A stretch of 64,000 bases of DNA, from positions 64,001-128,000 of the forward strand of contig JBBRPR010000004.1 of assembly GCA_038227875.1 (NCBI GenBank), given 5' to 3'. This document shows, in pieces, positions 43,176 through 53,870 of the stretch. The notes beneath the pieces were generated by a model. That model was given only the letters and a program-made list of their open reading frames with translations. It was not told the origin of the DNA and made no database searches. Position 1 is the stretch's first letter, and the number at the start of each line of letters is the position of its first letter. This DNA is from Planctomycetota bacterium. Lineage in GTDB: Bacteria > Planctomycetota > SZUA-567 > H5-PLA8. The position numbers were made by a program, and so were the translations under genes.

Positions 43176-43311
43176 GTGCCACGGATGCGCAGACGCTCGA
43201 GCGTAGCGAAAGCGTCTGTTCATCCGTGCGGGACGCTTTGAAATGGCGGTACGTAACGCACGGATGAACGGCTGCTTTCGCTGCGCTCAAGCATCCGCGC
43301 ATCCGTGGCAC
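43176..43311. repeat. inverted doublet of a 54-bp REP-like hairpin between convergent genes
   Basis: GTGCCACGGATGCGC...GTTCATCCGTGC at 43176-43229 and inverted at 43258-43311. Confidence 0.85.
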
Positions 43312-43318
43312 CGGAAAA

Positions 43319-45091
43319 TCACGGGGCGCTGAGGGCGCCGATATCGAGCACGGATTTTTTGGCGCGGGCGCGGCTATTCATCGGGAAAACCTGCTCGCGG
43401 TCGATCACGGCTTTCTGCGACTTGCCCGCGCCGTCGACGAACGTCAGCGCATCGCCGGTCGCGCCGTTGCCCAGGCAGGGCGACGCGGCCTGCAGGTGGT
43501 AATCGTGCGCGGCGGCGTTGACGAAAAGCGGATCGGCGTTGAGCGTCTTGGCCAGTTCCGGCGCGGCGCCGCTGCGGATGCAATTGTTCGTGCCTTTGAT
43601 TTTGCCGCTCGCGACATTGAACAGCTTCGGTGAACCGATGAAGATGTTGTTGCTGGCGAAGAGCGCTTCGTCGGGCTTCTCGACCCACACGAATTGGATG
43701 CGCTCGGTCGCGGCGAAGAAGGTGTTGTTGAAGAGATAGAGGTCGCCTTTGCGCGAGCCTTTTTCAGCGCCGAAATCGAGGTACTTCGACGGATTTCCTT
43801 TGCGGTCGGCTTTGCTCTTCACCACGTTGCCAATCATCACGACATTGGAATTCGGCTTGGCGGTGTCTTCGCTTTCCTGAAAGCCGAGTTCTCCTTCTTC
43901 GGAATCGGCGATGAAGTTGTACCAGAGCTCCGTGTAGTGGCCGCGCGTTTTGAAATTCTGCCCGAAGAGCGAGCTGTGGATGTAGCACTCGCGGATGATC
44001 ATGGCGTTGGCGTTGAGATAGAAGTTGTGGCTGTAGCCGTCGAAGTCCTTCGTGCCGTTGAAGGCGATCTCGCAGCGTTCGATCACGCCGGTGTCGAGAT
44101 CGCCGCCCATGATGCCCATGTCGCAATACGTGACCTTGCAGTTGCGCAGGATGCCGAAGTGGCTGTTGATGAAGCGCACGCCCGTGCCGTTGTTGCCGTT
44201 GCGCGCGTTCTTGATCTCGAACGAATCGACGATGCAGTACGAGCCTTCGATCTGCACCGCCGCTCGCGGGGTCGGACCGGCGCCGCTGACGGACACGCCC
44301 GTGCAGTCGATCACCGGTCGTTCGCCCTTCGGGCCGACCATGCCGCGCAGCGTCACTGGCGCGTTGGGCTGGCCGGCGCACTTCATCTTGAACGCTTCCT
44401 TGTAGACGCCGGGATCGACGAGCACCGTGTCGCCGGCCTTTGCTTTGGCCAATCCAGCGGTGATGGTGGCCAGCGGCCGCGTCGGGCCCACGTTGATCAC
44501 CGGCCCGCTGATCTGCGTCTGGTTCGGAGGCGGCGTGTAGACTGTGCCGGTCGCGGAGGAGACGGGCTGAGGTTCGGGCGCCTTGGACTTGGCTGTCGTC
44601 GCCGGCGCCGGATCGGCGGGCTTCTGCGTTTTCTGAGTCTGCAGAATGCGCTGCGAGAGATTGAGAATCTTCTCTTTCAGCTCGTCGCTGGGACTGCTGA
44701 TTTTCGCGAGGATGTCGCAGGCCTTGTCGTGAAAGCCGAGCATGTTCGCGACTTCCGCCGCGACGACGAGACGTTCGCCCTTGTCGGAAGCGATCGACTT
44801 GGCGATGCCGGCGAGGTCTTCGGCGGAGATTTCCTTCCACTTCACCGGAAACGGATTGCCTTGCACGTCGACCGTGAGCAGCGCGTCGGTGCAGCTTAAA
44901 ATTTTGTACGTCTTACGTTCACCCAAAACGGTCAGCCACACCGGCGGCTGCTCGCCGGCTTGCAGGACGGTGTCGAGCTGCTCCGAGAGATACGACGCGG
45001 TTTCCAGGCGCGTGGATTCTTCGACCGCATGCGCCGTCAGCGGCGCGAGCAGAGTCAGGAAAAGAATCACGCAGCCGAAAAGTCGATGCAC
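43319..45091 (-). CDS. secreted right-handed beta-helix protein (pectate lyase-like fold) with N-terminal accessory domain
   Basis: signal peptide; AKAGDTVLVDPGVY; SHNFY; DPLFVN....DYHLQAASPC; DIGA. Confidence 0.82.
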   Translation of the reverse strand: MHRLFGCVILFLTLLAPLTAHAVEESTRLETASYLSEQLDTVLQAGEQPPVWLTVLGERKTYKILSCTDALLTVDVQGNPFPVKWKEISAEDLAGIAKSIASDKGERLVVAAEVANMLGFHDKACDILAKISSPSDELKEKILNLSQRILQTQKTQKPADPAPATTAKSKAPEPQPVSSATGTVYTPPPNQTQISGPVINVGPTRPLATITAGLAKAKAGDTVLVDPGVYKEAFKMKCAGQPNAPVTLRGMVGPKGERPVIDCTGVSVSGAGPTPRAAVQIEGSYCIVDSFEIKNARNGNNGTGVRFINSHFGILRNCKVTYCDMGIMGGDLDTGVIERCEIAFNGTKDFDGYSHNFYLNANAMIIRECYIHSSLFGQNFKTRGHYTELWYNFIADSEEGELGFQESEDTAKPNSNVVMIGNVVKSKADRKGNPSKYLDFGAEKGSRKGDLYLFNNTFFAATERIQFVWVEKPDEALFASNNIFIGSPKLFNVASGKIKGTNNCIRSGAAPELAKTLNADPLFVNAAAHDYHLQAASPCLGNGATGDALTFVDGAGKSQKAVIDREQVFPMNSRARAKKSVLDIGALSAP

Positions 45092-45916
45092 GGATTAGAT
45101 CCTGGGAAGTCGCGTCGTCGTTGCTTCCTTGAATACACCGTTGACGATACCGGGAGGGGCATCTGAGTGCCATTTTGTTGTATTATTTACAACTCGTTAA
45201 CTCTAACGAAATCAAGTCTATGCAACCGCAGCTCTAAAGGAACTATGTCAATAGCGCTCCAGCTCCTTAAAATAAATGATCTGGATGTTGCCTTGCCGTG
45301 CGCATCTCAAACAGTGCGGTGGGTTAAAATCGCGTTGACTGCGCCTCCACAGTCACGCGGTTCTTCTACATCAGCAGCGGATACTTTGAGAGTTTCCATG
45401 CGATGCTGCGTGACGATCCTGGTGATGTTTCGCCCTACGAGACGGAGAAGGCTGCGCGCAGAGTTCTGATCGCCCTTTTCTACAATTGCATAAAGTATAA
45501 CATTGACTTAAGATGGCTTTAATCCTGAATCAAAGGCCCGCCCGAATGCGCTCCCCCACGTGCAGCGCTATGCTTTTCTAATACAAAACCAAGTTGCACA
45601 TGGGCGCCATTAAGGTTTTACACACCATGTGGTTGTGGATTTTGTACAGGATGTGCAGTTGATCGGACGCAGATTGAGACATGAATCGCGGAAAAATATG
45701 TCGCGATTTACGAAATCTAAACTACAGTTATGTCGAATGTTTTAGTAACGGCTACATACGCGCGAACTTCCAAAAGGTGGCAGAGAAAAAGCGAGAAAAA
45801 TTCGCACAGTGCCCCGTGCAATTTTCGCGGCGCTGGAAGTTTTGAAATGTGGTCCACGCATTGCATTCTCGGGCGTCGAGTCATTCATTTGAACGTTGCA
45901 CGTGGGAGTCGCAAAA

Positions 45917-46726
45917 ATGAGATTCAATCGCTTCGCTCATTTGAATCGGTCGCGCGGCTTCACGCTGATCGAATTGATTCTTGTCATCTTCATCATGGCG
46001 CTTCTGACGGCCATGACCACGCCGATGCTCTTCCAGTTTGTGAAGACGACAAAAGTACAACAGACGGTGAAGGCAATCTCCACGTCGCTCTACCGCGCCC
46101 GCACGGAAGCGATGCGGACACGAAAAATGGTGGGCGTGTATTTCGGTGAAGATCCGACCAGCTGCAAAACCCCACCGCTGCCCGGCGTGCTGCCGAGCAA
46201 GGGTCGCATTGAAGTTTGGACCGTGCGGGATTCCTACGACAGTGGCGACTTTCAGAACGAAGGCGGCTGCATGGGCAGCACAACGCCCTACAATCTTCCG
46301 TTCGATGGAGCCAACTGGTATCCGTACCGCCACCCCGACCGCTGCCTGACGCCCGAACCCATCTCTTATCCCGATGGCGTGCGCATTCTCGCGGGCAAGT
46401 TCAGCAACAACGCGACCGCGCCCAAATACGTGTTCGGCTGGCCAAAAGACTACATGGCCACGGCCGAAGGCGAAATCAAACGCCACAACATCACGTTCGC
46501 CTCGACCGGCGCGATGGCGATGCCCATCGACGGTGTGAACAGTTGGTGGAATCTTTTGATTTTCGATGAACAGACCGGCGAATACACCCTGCTCTCCTGT
46601 GGCGAATGGCTCACTTCGGCCCGACCGCGGGTGCTGAACTTTCAGTTGAGCGGACTGTATGGCCCGTCGGGCACGTACTACCCGCTGACCAACAAGCTGG
46701 ACATTCCGAAGCTCGTCGAACAGTAA
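45917..46726 (+). CDS. minor (pseudo)pilin, FimT/GspH-like
   Basis: G|FTLIELILVIFIM prepilin site; L.RAR.EA. Confidence 0.88.
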   Translation: MRFNRFAHLNRSRGFTLIELILVIFIMALLTAMTTPMLFQFVKTTKVQQTVKAISTSLYRARTEAMRTRKMVGVYFGEDPTSCKTPPLPGVLPSKGRIEVWTVRDSYDSGDFQNEGGCMGSTTPYNLPFDGANWYPYRHPDRCLTPEPISYPDGVRILAGKFSNNATAPKYVFGWPKDYMATAEGEIKRHNITFASTGAMAMPIDGVNSWWNLLIFDEQTGEYTLLSCGEWLTSARPRVLNFQLSGLYGPSGTYYPLTNKLDIPKLVEQ

Positions 46727-46743
46727 ACGCAAAGAGGAACGCC

Positions 46744-47349
46744 GTGCGCACCACGCTTGAAACACCGATCCTTTCCATCCGCAGCAGAGCGCGCCGGCCG
46801 CGCGGTTTGACGTTGCTGGAAGTGATCATCGCGATGTTCATCTTCCTGATCGGCATCGTGGGCGTGCTGGCGGCGATGCCGACGGGCATCAATTCCGCGA
46901 CGTGGGTGATCTTTCAGGATTCGGCGATCCATCTGGCGCATTCGAAATTCGCGGAATTCCGGCGCGACCGCGTCGATCCGGCCGTGCAGCTGAATCCCAC
47001 TCCCGGCGGTTACCTGCCGACGACAACACCTTATATGGCGGGGAATCAGGAACCGTTCAACAGCGAGGGCGATCCGTGGCGCGATTTCGCGCACAACGCT
47101 GGTGATCCGTACCAGTACTTCGAAGACATCGACCGCTACGAATGGTGTGTCGATGCGACGCACGCCATCGACAACGGCATTGGCTCCACCGATGTTCCGC
47201 TTCCGGCGAATTTCTTTTTTCCCACGAACGTCGCCCCGGGCGGCGTCTCGCGGATTCAACTCTACCGCGTCGACATCACCATCCGCATGAAGAGCACCAC
47301 GCGGCAGATGCGCTTTACGCAATACCTGTACTCGTACGGCCAGCTGTAA
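46744..47349 (+). CDS. minor (pseudo)pilin, PilV/GspI-like
   Basis: G|LTLLEVIIAMFIFLIG; LYRVDITI; start re-picked. Confidence 0.85.
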   Translation: MRTTLETPILSIRSRARRPRGLTLLEVIIAMFIFLIGIVGVLAAMPTGINSATWVIFQDSAIHLAHSKFAEFRRDRVDPAVQLNPTPGGYLPTTTPYMAGNQEPFNSEGDPWRDFAHNAGDPYQYFEDIDRYEWCVDATHAIDNGIGSTDVPLPANFFFPTNVAPGGVSRIQLYRVDITIRMKSTTRQMRFTQYLYSYGQL

Positions 47350-47368
47350 AAACGGGGATCGGAAGTTC

Positions 47369-48604
47369 ATGAAGGATACGCATCACAACCCGCTGAGACC
47401 GCGCGCCTTCACTCTGGTGGAGATGATGGTGGTGCTGACCGTCAGCCTGCTGCTGATGACGATGATCGTGCCGGTCTTCCGGCTCTCGACGAAAACCGTG
47501 CAGGTGGTCGAACGGAAGCTGGCTGTCTACGAATCGGCGCGCAACATCCTCGACCTGGTCGAATCGGAACTGCAGCTGGCCATCACCAATGAAAAGGGCG
47601 AACACTTCTCGATCAAGCACGTGTCGTGGATGGACACCGATCCGTTCACGCCGCCGTTTACCGGTCCAGTGATTTTGCCTGGAACGATGGACACCGGAAA
47701 CATCGCGTACAAGCACGACCGGCGCATCAGTGACGCGGTGAACTACCTGCGACTGGAAGGCCACGGCACCAATTCGAATTACGTGCCGTCCATGCGCCAG
47801 TTTCCCGGCGGCAAATTCTTTCCACTCAGCTATCCGATTCTTGAGGCCACGTTTCCTGAAGCGTGGAAATGCTCGATGCGTTCCACGCTGCTGTACCAGC
47901 ACGATTTCGAACTCGGCGAAGAAGCGGACTCCGACGCCGGCCAGAAACGCTGGAGCCGTTCCGAACAGCTCGGCGACGTGGGCCAGGTGGAACTCGCTTT
48001 TATTTTTGAAACGGTTGCCAATCAATGGGAAGGCATCCAGGCGGCCAAGACCATGTACGACCAGACCGCCAATTACCTGGGACCCGGGCGCGAGATCAAG
48101 GTACCGCATCTGGTTGGAGGATCGGGCGGACCCGGCCAATTGGAATTCCAGCGCCAGCGCCGCGGAGGCCAGGTCAAGATTATGGACCTTGCTGTTTCCT
48201 ACTGGGACGACACCCAGAAAAAATACATGGATTTGCCGGAAAATACGGTGATCTACTTCTTCCCCATGCCCAAGGCCGTGCGCACGACCATCACGGTCTG
48301 CGATGTCGACAAGCGCACCACGCTGACGCTCAGCCGCATCGTCCATCTGCCCTGCGGCTCCGGCGATGGCAACGCGCTGTTGAACCCAGGTGTCGTGGCA
48401 GACACGGCCTACTTCACTGACCTGAAGCAGCCCAACAACACGATGCACGCGGTCTACAACCGGACCAAGTACCTGCCGTCGCTGCCCAACGCGTTCAATG
48501 GCGACGGTTCGCGCGGTGACCTCACCACCACGTCCGATTTTTCGTCCGCGACCGAAAACAGCATCATCACGCAGGATGGCGTCAAACCGTATCAATGGCC
48601 GTAG
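47369..48604 (+). CDS. minor (pseudo)pilin, PilW/GspJ-like
   Basis: A|FTLVEMMVVL; AR.ILD.V..EL..A; C-terminal P.AVR.TI. Confidence 0.85.
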   Translation: MKDTHHNPLRPRAFTLVEMMVVLTVSLLLMTMIVPVFRLSTKTVQVVERKLAVYESARNILDLVESELQLAITNEKGEHFSIKHVSWMDTDPFTPPFTGPVILPGTMDTGNIAYKHDRRISDAVNYLRLEGHGTNSNYVPSMRQFPGGKFFPLSYPILEATFPEAWKCSMRSTLLYQHDFELGEEADSDAGQKRWSRSEQLGDVGQVELAFIFETVANQWEGIQAAKTMYDQTANYLGPGREIKVPHLVGGSGGPGQLEFQRQRRGGQVKIMDLAVSYWDDTQKKYMDLPENTVIYFFPMPKAVRTTITVCDVDKRTTLTLSRIVHLPCGSGDGNALLNPGVVADTAYFTDLKQPNNTMHAVYNRTKYLPSLPNAFNGDGSRGDLTTTSDFSSATENSIITQDGVKPYQWP

Positions 48605-48638
48605 AGCGTTTTGGGAATCGGATTTGGAACTGCAGCAC

Positions 48639-51600
48639 ATGAAGCAGCGCACCACACGAAACAATGCTACTGCAACGGGGCCTGGTGCCGTTTCCAGCCG
48701 GGGCTTTTTGTTGCTGGTCGTAATCGGCATCCTGGCCGTGCTGTTGACCGTCTGCATCGGTTTCCTGTCATACACACGCGGTGAGATCCTGGCCGTCTCC
48801 GCGCAGCGCAACAAGAGCGACGTGGTGGACGTGATGCACACGGCGCTGGACTACACGCTGGCCAATATCTGCACCGACCAGATGTCCGGCACCGGCAGCA
48901 TGGACGAGAAGGTACCCTGCGCGTATACGCTTACTCCCGGTGCGACCGGCCTTACCGGCTCGCCGTGGTGGTTCCGGACGCTTCAAAACGGAACGTGCGA
49001 CTTTCTGCCCCGGAACGACAGCATCGTGGGCGGCGGCTGGGGATTTTCATTGAAGCCGGCGACTCAGCCGGGCGTGGAGACCAATTGGATTTATCTTCCC
49101 GCCGACTACTTCCCGGGTGGCGCCATCCGCGGACGCGCGCAAGTCCAGGTGATGGACACCAATTGCTGCATCAATGTCAACGACTGGAACGAAGACGGCA
49201 TGCCCTCGCAGGCCCAGATGGCGCACATGATTGCGGACGGCTACGGACCTCTTTATCTCGAAAGTCTGCGCCGCGGGCGCGATGTCGCCAGCCCCAACGG
49301 CGTGCCCTATAATCCGTTGCGCTACCATGAAGCGTGGCGCGTCGCCAGCCACTCCGCGCGCTACATGGCCTGGCCGGATTGGGACTATCACAGCGACGGT
49401 GCTCCGATCAACAACACCGCAAGTTTCTGCTTTGCAACGAAGAACTCGTCGTGGCTGAGCATGTATGGGCCGCAGTACAGCTGCATCTCGTCGATCATTC
49501 AGTCCGATGGCATTCCGCTGGGACAGACTACAGCCGCCACGGTTTATCTTGGCTCCCAGCTGTACGCAACGGTGAACCCGTGTCCGGCACCTAAACAGTA
49601 CGACCGAACTCCGCCGACCAATCCGTCGGGCTTCACCTGGGGCAATCCGCAGAGCGCGGGGTTCCTGCCATGGGGCATGGCGGGATTTTTCACCACGGGC
49701 TACACGGACCCCGACACTGGCCGCAGCCCGGTCAACGTCAACACCTGTTACAATTCCGGTGAGATTCTCCCTTTCGACTACTGGAGCAATCCTCCCTGCT
49801 ACACGATGGAAGGCGTCTGGAACGTCGAATCGCTGCGGCGCATCATCAAGGTCGGCTGGTTCAACGATCCGTGGTCGACGTACTGCATGATCGGTGGAGT
49901 CAAAACGTTGCGTACTGCGGTGCCAGCGGCGAGTGGCGGGACGACGTGGTCGAATGCGCAGCGCGATTGGTGCGTGCTCGATCCCAGAGCGAAGATACTC
50001 GTCGAGACGCTGAAATTGCAGCTCGCCTACCAGTACCAGGAAACGCTCTGCCGTTACTTTACTGGAACGTACTCTCATGGCGGAGTGAACCAGAAGTTCA
50101 AGCCCTTCAGTGCCACTGCCATCAAGACCTACCCGTCGACGTACACACCGGCTACTACACCGCTGCCTGCGCCGACGCATCCGTGTCTGGTCACGAATTA
50201 CAGCGCGCCGCGGTTCCCGGTATCGCTCACGGATTTTCGCAATCATGTGCGAGACGACCTCGTCAATTGTCTGAGCAAGAATTTCACCAATCCCGCCTAC
50301 ACGACAGCGGTGGCCGGGCTGCCGCCGGGAACGCCGCTTCCGCCGCGCCCGGCGGGTCAGCTCGATGCCACGTACACGGATGGCACCGTGAACTTTGTCT
50401 TCGTGGGCCCGGGTTTCGTCCCGGAGATCGCTCCGGGAAAACTGGACGTGCGCACCGCTTGCGCGTGCTATGACAACATGGTCCCCGGCAAGCCGGTTGA
50501 CATTACTGTGTTCAACGGTTGCACAGCCTACGGCGCTGGCGATCCGATTTACGAACTCTACGCGCTACAGGTTGGTCGCCAGGAAGACATGGACGACGCC
50601 TATCAGATCGATGCCAGCATCATTCATGATTCCGCAATCAATGGCATCAACGGTACGGACGTCCGTCCTTCCCGCAAAAAGCTGGGAGCCACAAACAACG
50701 GCAATCCCACGTTCAATCTGGGTACCGTACCCAGTCCCGCGGTTTACCCCTTCTCGCTGGTGACGTGGCCGCTTCCCGCGCTGACCGCGGCCACGAAGAT
50801 CGGCAACATCTCGTCACGCTGGGTGGACAATCCTCAACTGAGCGCCACGTCGTACTACTCAAGCTTCAATGGACCCGATCCGGCGTGGGAAGCACATTTG
50901 TATGACCATCACACCCGCATGATGACGCTGCTGCCCAAGGGCAACGACATCTGCTCGCGAAACGCGTTCGATCCCGCGGACGGCCGGAAGTTCAATGGCA
51001 CGGTTGTCACCGGAAGTCCCGAAATTCCCACCGGACCGTGGTTGGATGACATGGTCCTGGGCTCAGGGGGCACGATCGTCAGTACCGGTTACAACCAGAT
51101 GAATCGTTCAGGATCCAATCAGCATGACGTTCCGTTCCGCCAGCTGTGTTTCACGCCCGATTCGTTCTCGACAGAATTGACGACGACGTCGACGACCTTT
51201 CTGATCATCGTCAACGCGCAGTTGGTCGATCAGGCCTCAGTCGTCGCCAATCCGGGCAATCCCGCTCTGCATTTGGATCAGTCGTGGAATCAGTGGGGCT
51301 GTGTCGTGCAGATCGCTCCCGATGTCAAGGTGGAGACGTCTGTGAGCGAACCGGCAACCAAGAACATGCTCAAGACCGTTCCTCCTGATCCGAACATGCA
51401 GACGCCCAATGGCCCCGCAGCGCCGGACGCTCAATTCTGGCAGTGGTACAAAAACGAAATGCCTCGCCGCGTCAAGACCTATCAGGGCACACTGCCGATG
51501 ACCAGCAATGGCTGGCTGGATGATTCCTACTTGGATGACGCCTGCCCCAGTCTGTACGCCCGCAATCGCGGTAACACGGGTGCCTACACCACGCCGTTTG

Positions 51601-51911
51601 GGCGCACGTCGAATCAGCCCCGCATGCCGTGGAAGGGAGTTGGCGGATACAACCCAGCGATGAGCGGCGGTGTGGCGGAATTGGAAAACTCGAACTCCAC
51701 CCACATCCGCGACTGGAAACGGGCCCTCAACCCCGGCGAGATCACCACCGGCTGCGATATCAACCAGGTGCCGCCGGCGGGCGTACCCAGCGGGCGCGGC
51801 GCGGACGTCATCTATACGCCAGCCAATCAGATCAAGAAGCGCATCATCATCCGCTCGATCTGGTGTCTGAATCAGGGCATTGAGCAACAACGGGCCACGC
51901 AGGGAGATTGA
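48639..51911 (+). CDS. giant PilX/GspK-like minor pilin
   Basis: G|FLLLVVIGILAVL lacking Glu5; INVN and PVNVNT motifs; last gene of the cassette. Confidence 0.8.
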   Translation: MKQRTTRNNATATGPGAVSSRGFLLLVVIGILAVLLTVCIGFLSYTRGEILAVSAQRNKSDVVDVMHTALDYTLANICTDQMSGTGSMDEKVPCAYTLTPGATGLTGSPWWFRTLQNGTCDFLPRNDSIVGGGWGFSLKPATQPGVETNWIYLPADYFPGGAIRGRAQVQVMDTNCCINVNDWNEDGMPSQAQMAHMIADGYGPLYLESLRRGRDVASPNGVPYNPLRYHEAWRVASHSARYMAWPDWDYHSDGAPINNTASFCFATKNSSWLSMYGPQYSCISSIIQSDGIPLGQTTAATVYLGSQLYATVNPCPAPKQYDRTPPTNPSGFTWGNPQSAGFLPWGMAGFFTTGYTDPDTGRSPVNVNTCYNSGEILPFDYWSNPPCYTMEGVWNVESLRRIIKVGWFNDPWSTYCMIGGVKTLRTAVPAASGGTTWSNAQRDWCVLDPRAKILVETLKLQLAYQYQETLCRYFTGTYSHGGVNQKFKPFSATAIKTYPSTYTPATTPLPAPTHPCLVTNYSAPRFPVSLTDFRNHVRDDLVNCLSKNFTNPAYTTAVAGLPPGTPLPPRPAGQLDATYTDGTVNFVFVGPGFVPEIAPGKLDVRTACACYDNMVPGKPVDITVFNGCTAYGAGDPIYELYALQVGRQEDMDDAYQIDASIIHDSAINGINGTDVRPSRKKLGATNNGNPTFNLGTVPSPAVYPFSLVTWPLPALTAATKIGNISSRWVDNPQLSATSYYSSFNGPDPAWEAHLYDHHTRMMTLLPKGNDICSRNAFDPADGRKFNGTVVTGSPEIPTGPWLDDMVLGSGGTIVSTGYNQMNRSGSNQHDVPFRQLCFTPDSFSTELTTTSTTFLIIVNAQLVDQASVVANPGNPALHLDQSWNQWGCVVQIAPDVKVETSVSEPATKNMLKTVPPDPNMQTPNGPAAPDAQFWQWYKNEMPRRVKTYQGTLPMTSNGWLDDSYLDDACPSLYARNRGNTGAYTTPFGRTSNQPRMPWKGVGGYNPAMSGGVAELENSNSTHIRDWKRALNPGEITTGCDINQVPPAGVPSGRGADVIYTPANQIKKRIIIRSIWCLNQGIEQQRATQGD

Positions 51912-51986
51912 ACGCCAGCATGCAGTTGATCGACGATGTAACGACGGGCCGCAGTGCGGAGGATGACGTTCGTGTTGGAGACCACA

Positions 51987-53591
51987 ATGTCGGGTGAAAA
52001 GGCGAACGTTCCGTCCGGCGACGCTGCCGAACCGGAAAAAACCGTTCGCAATCCTCAGCCTCCCCGCACGCCCACGCCGCCGAGCGTCCCGCTGGCCGCT
52101 CAGCCTCCGCGTCTTTCCACGGCCAAATATGTGCCCATCGGCAGCAGTAGTGGAATTGGACCGTCAGCTGCATCAGGAACCGGAACACGAGCAGGTACCG
52201 GACGGTTTATGCCGATCGGCGGCCGCCGCGCGACGGATCCCAAGCCTTCCAATCCGGCGCGTGGGACTTTCACTCCCGCATCGGGCGGAGCGCCCGGCGG
52301 CGTCCGCACGCCCAGTAAGTTTACGCCTGTCCCCCCCGCGTCCTCACTCAGTGGCGGCTCGGCGGCTGGATTGCGCCCCCAGTCGCGCCCAGGCCAGGCG
52401 GGCCAGATGAGCCAGCCGGCGCGCTCAGCCAACCAGCCCACCTCCAACAGCATCAATCCCTTCGGCAATCTGACCGTCAATGCGCCGGCAAAATCGGGGA
52501 TCAACAAAGCACCGGGAGCAACCGCCACGTCCGCCACGTCCGCCACGTCAGCGGGGTCGGGGCATTGGAGCTGTTCGAAGTGCGCCAAAGCGCTGGGACC
52601 GCGCAGTGTCAACCAGGGCACGGCGATTTTCCTTGAAGGCAATCTCATCTGCGTCGAATGCGTGAAAGGCAACCGCCGCAACCAGGCGCAGTTGCCCGTG
52701 GCCACGCTCGCGATTTTCGGCGTCGTAACCCTCGCGATCCTCGGCGTCGTCGGATTTTTTCTGCCCAGCCAGGCACTGCTGATCGGGCTGTTGCTCGGCG
52801 TGTCGCTGCTGCTCGTCGGTACCATTGGATTCACGCTGGATGGAAAATCGCGGCTGGGGACGGTGGCCGCCGGACTGCTGGTGATCGCGCTGACCTCCTA
52901 CGGCCTGATCGTCACCGGTGAACACAAGGAAGAGAAGGCGGCGTTCAGCGAGATCGCCACGCAGGCCGACGAAGTCAAAACGCTGCTGGCGAAGGATTGC
53001 CTGCTGGAAGCCGAAGCCCGCATCAACACCGTCGAAACGCAGATGGACAAAAAGTACGGCGGCCAGCCGCCTCCCAATGTCACCACTGCCATCGTCGCGC
53101 TGCGCAAGTCGACGCAGGAGTGGAAGGAAGCGCATTTCGGCAAGCTGCAAACCACCGAACAGAAATTGCTCTCGGAACTCTACCACCGCGTCGGCTCCCT
53201 GACGCCGTACACGCAAACGCCGCGCATTCAGCAGTACAAGATCGAAGAAGGCAAACACCTGCTGGTCACAGTCGCCACCGACGTTAAGCCGCCGGAGGTT
53301 CAGAACTCCTCCGACGACGGCACGACGATCAACAAAGAGACCGACGACCCGATCGGCGCGGAAGCCTCGCGCGTGGCGATGCTGGCGATCAAGCAGGACC
53401 GCGCACTGGAAACGATCACCGTCCGGATCGTCTCCGGCGGACCCAACAGCTCTGAATTGCTGACCCGCACCTACGACGCCACGCGCGTCGCCGAAATCCG
53501 CAACAACCTAAACGCCCCCGCGCGCGCCCGCACGCGGACCGCGGAATCCAGCACCGCGCCACGGTTTGAACGTCCGCCAGAACACCCGTGA
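51987..53591 (+). CDS. membrane protein with Pro-rich disordered N-terminus, CxxC..CxxC zinc ribbon and three TM helices
   Basis: CSKC-N19-CVEC; three hydrophobic segments. Confidence 0.75.
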   Translation: MSGEKANVPSGDAAEPEKTVRNPQPPRTPTPPSVPLAAQPPRLSTAKYVPIGSSSGIGPSAASGTGTRAGTGRFMPIGGRRATDPKPSNPARGTFTPASGGAPGGVRTPSKFTPVPPASSLSGGSAAGLRPQSRPGQAGQMSQPARSANQPTSNSINPFGNLTVNAPAKSGINKAPGATATSATSATSAGSGHWSCSKCAKALGPRSVNQGTAIFLEGNLICVECVKGNRRNQAQLPVATLAIFGVVTLAILGVVGFFLPSQALLIGLLLGVSLLLVGTIGFTLDGKSRLGTVAAGLLVIALTSYGLIVTGEHKEEKAAFSEIATQADEVKTLLAKDCLLEAEARINTVETQMDKKYGGQPPPNVTTAIVALRKSTQEWKEAHFGKLQTTEQKLLSELYHRVGSLTPYTQTPRIQQYKIEEGKHLLVTVATDVKPPEVQNSSDDGTTINKETDDPIGAEASRVAMLAIKQDRALETITVRIVSGGPNSSELLTRTYDATRVAEIRNNLNAPARARTRTAESSTAPRFERPPEHP

Positions 53592-53617
53592 AGAATTCAA
53601 AACGCATGTGGCCGATG

Positions 53618-53673
53618 GTGCCACGGATGCGCGAAATTCCTTCGTGAAGCGAAGGAGTTTCGTTCATCCCTGC
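53618..53673 (+). repeat. third copy of the GTGCCACGGATGCGC hairpin repeat
   Basis: same outer arms as 43176 with a different inner stem. Confidence 0.75.
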
Positions 53674-53870
53674 GTGATGCATTACCGATCTGGGGCGTGA
53701 TCTTGGGCTTCGCGACTTTGCGTGGAGAGAAAGAAGGGTCGGCCTCCACCGCAACGTGCAGCACGAAATGATCACATTTCGCAATACTGACGAGCAGACG
53801 TCACCCCACTCCTGCAGATAGAGTGCTCCGGTCAGCTTCCACTCACTCTTTTTGATAGGAACGCTTATCC

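Noticed and set aside
45159..45172. TGGCAC...TGC sigma-54-like promoter on the minus strand
   Set aside because: GG-to-GC spacing is 9 nt rather than the required 10.
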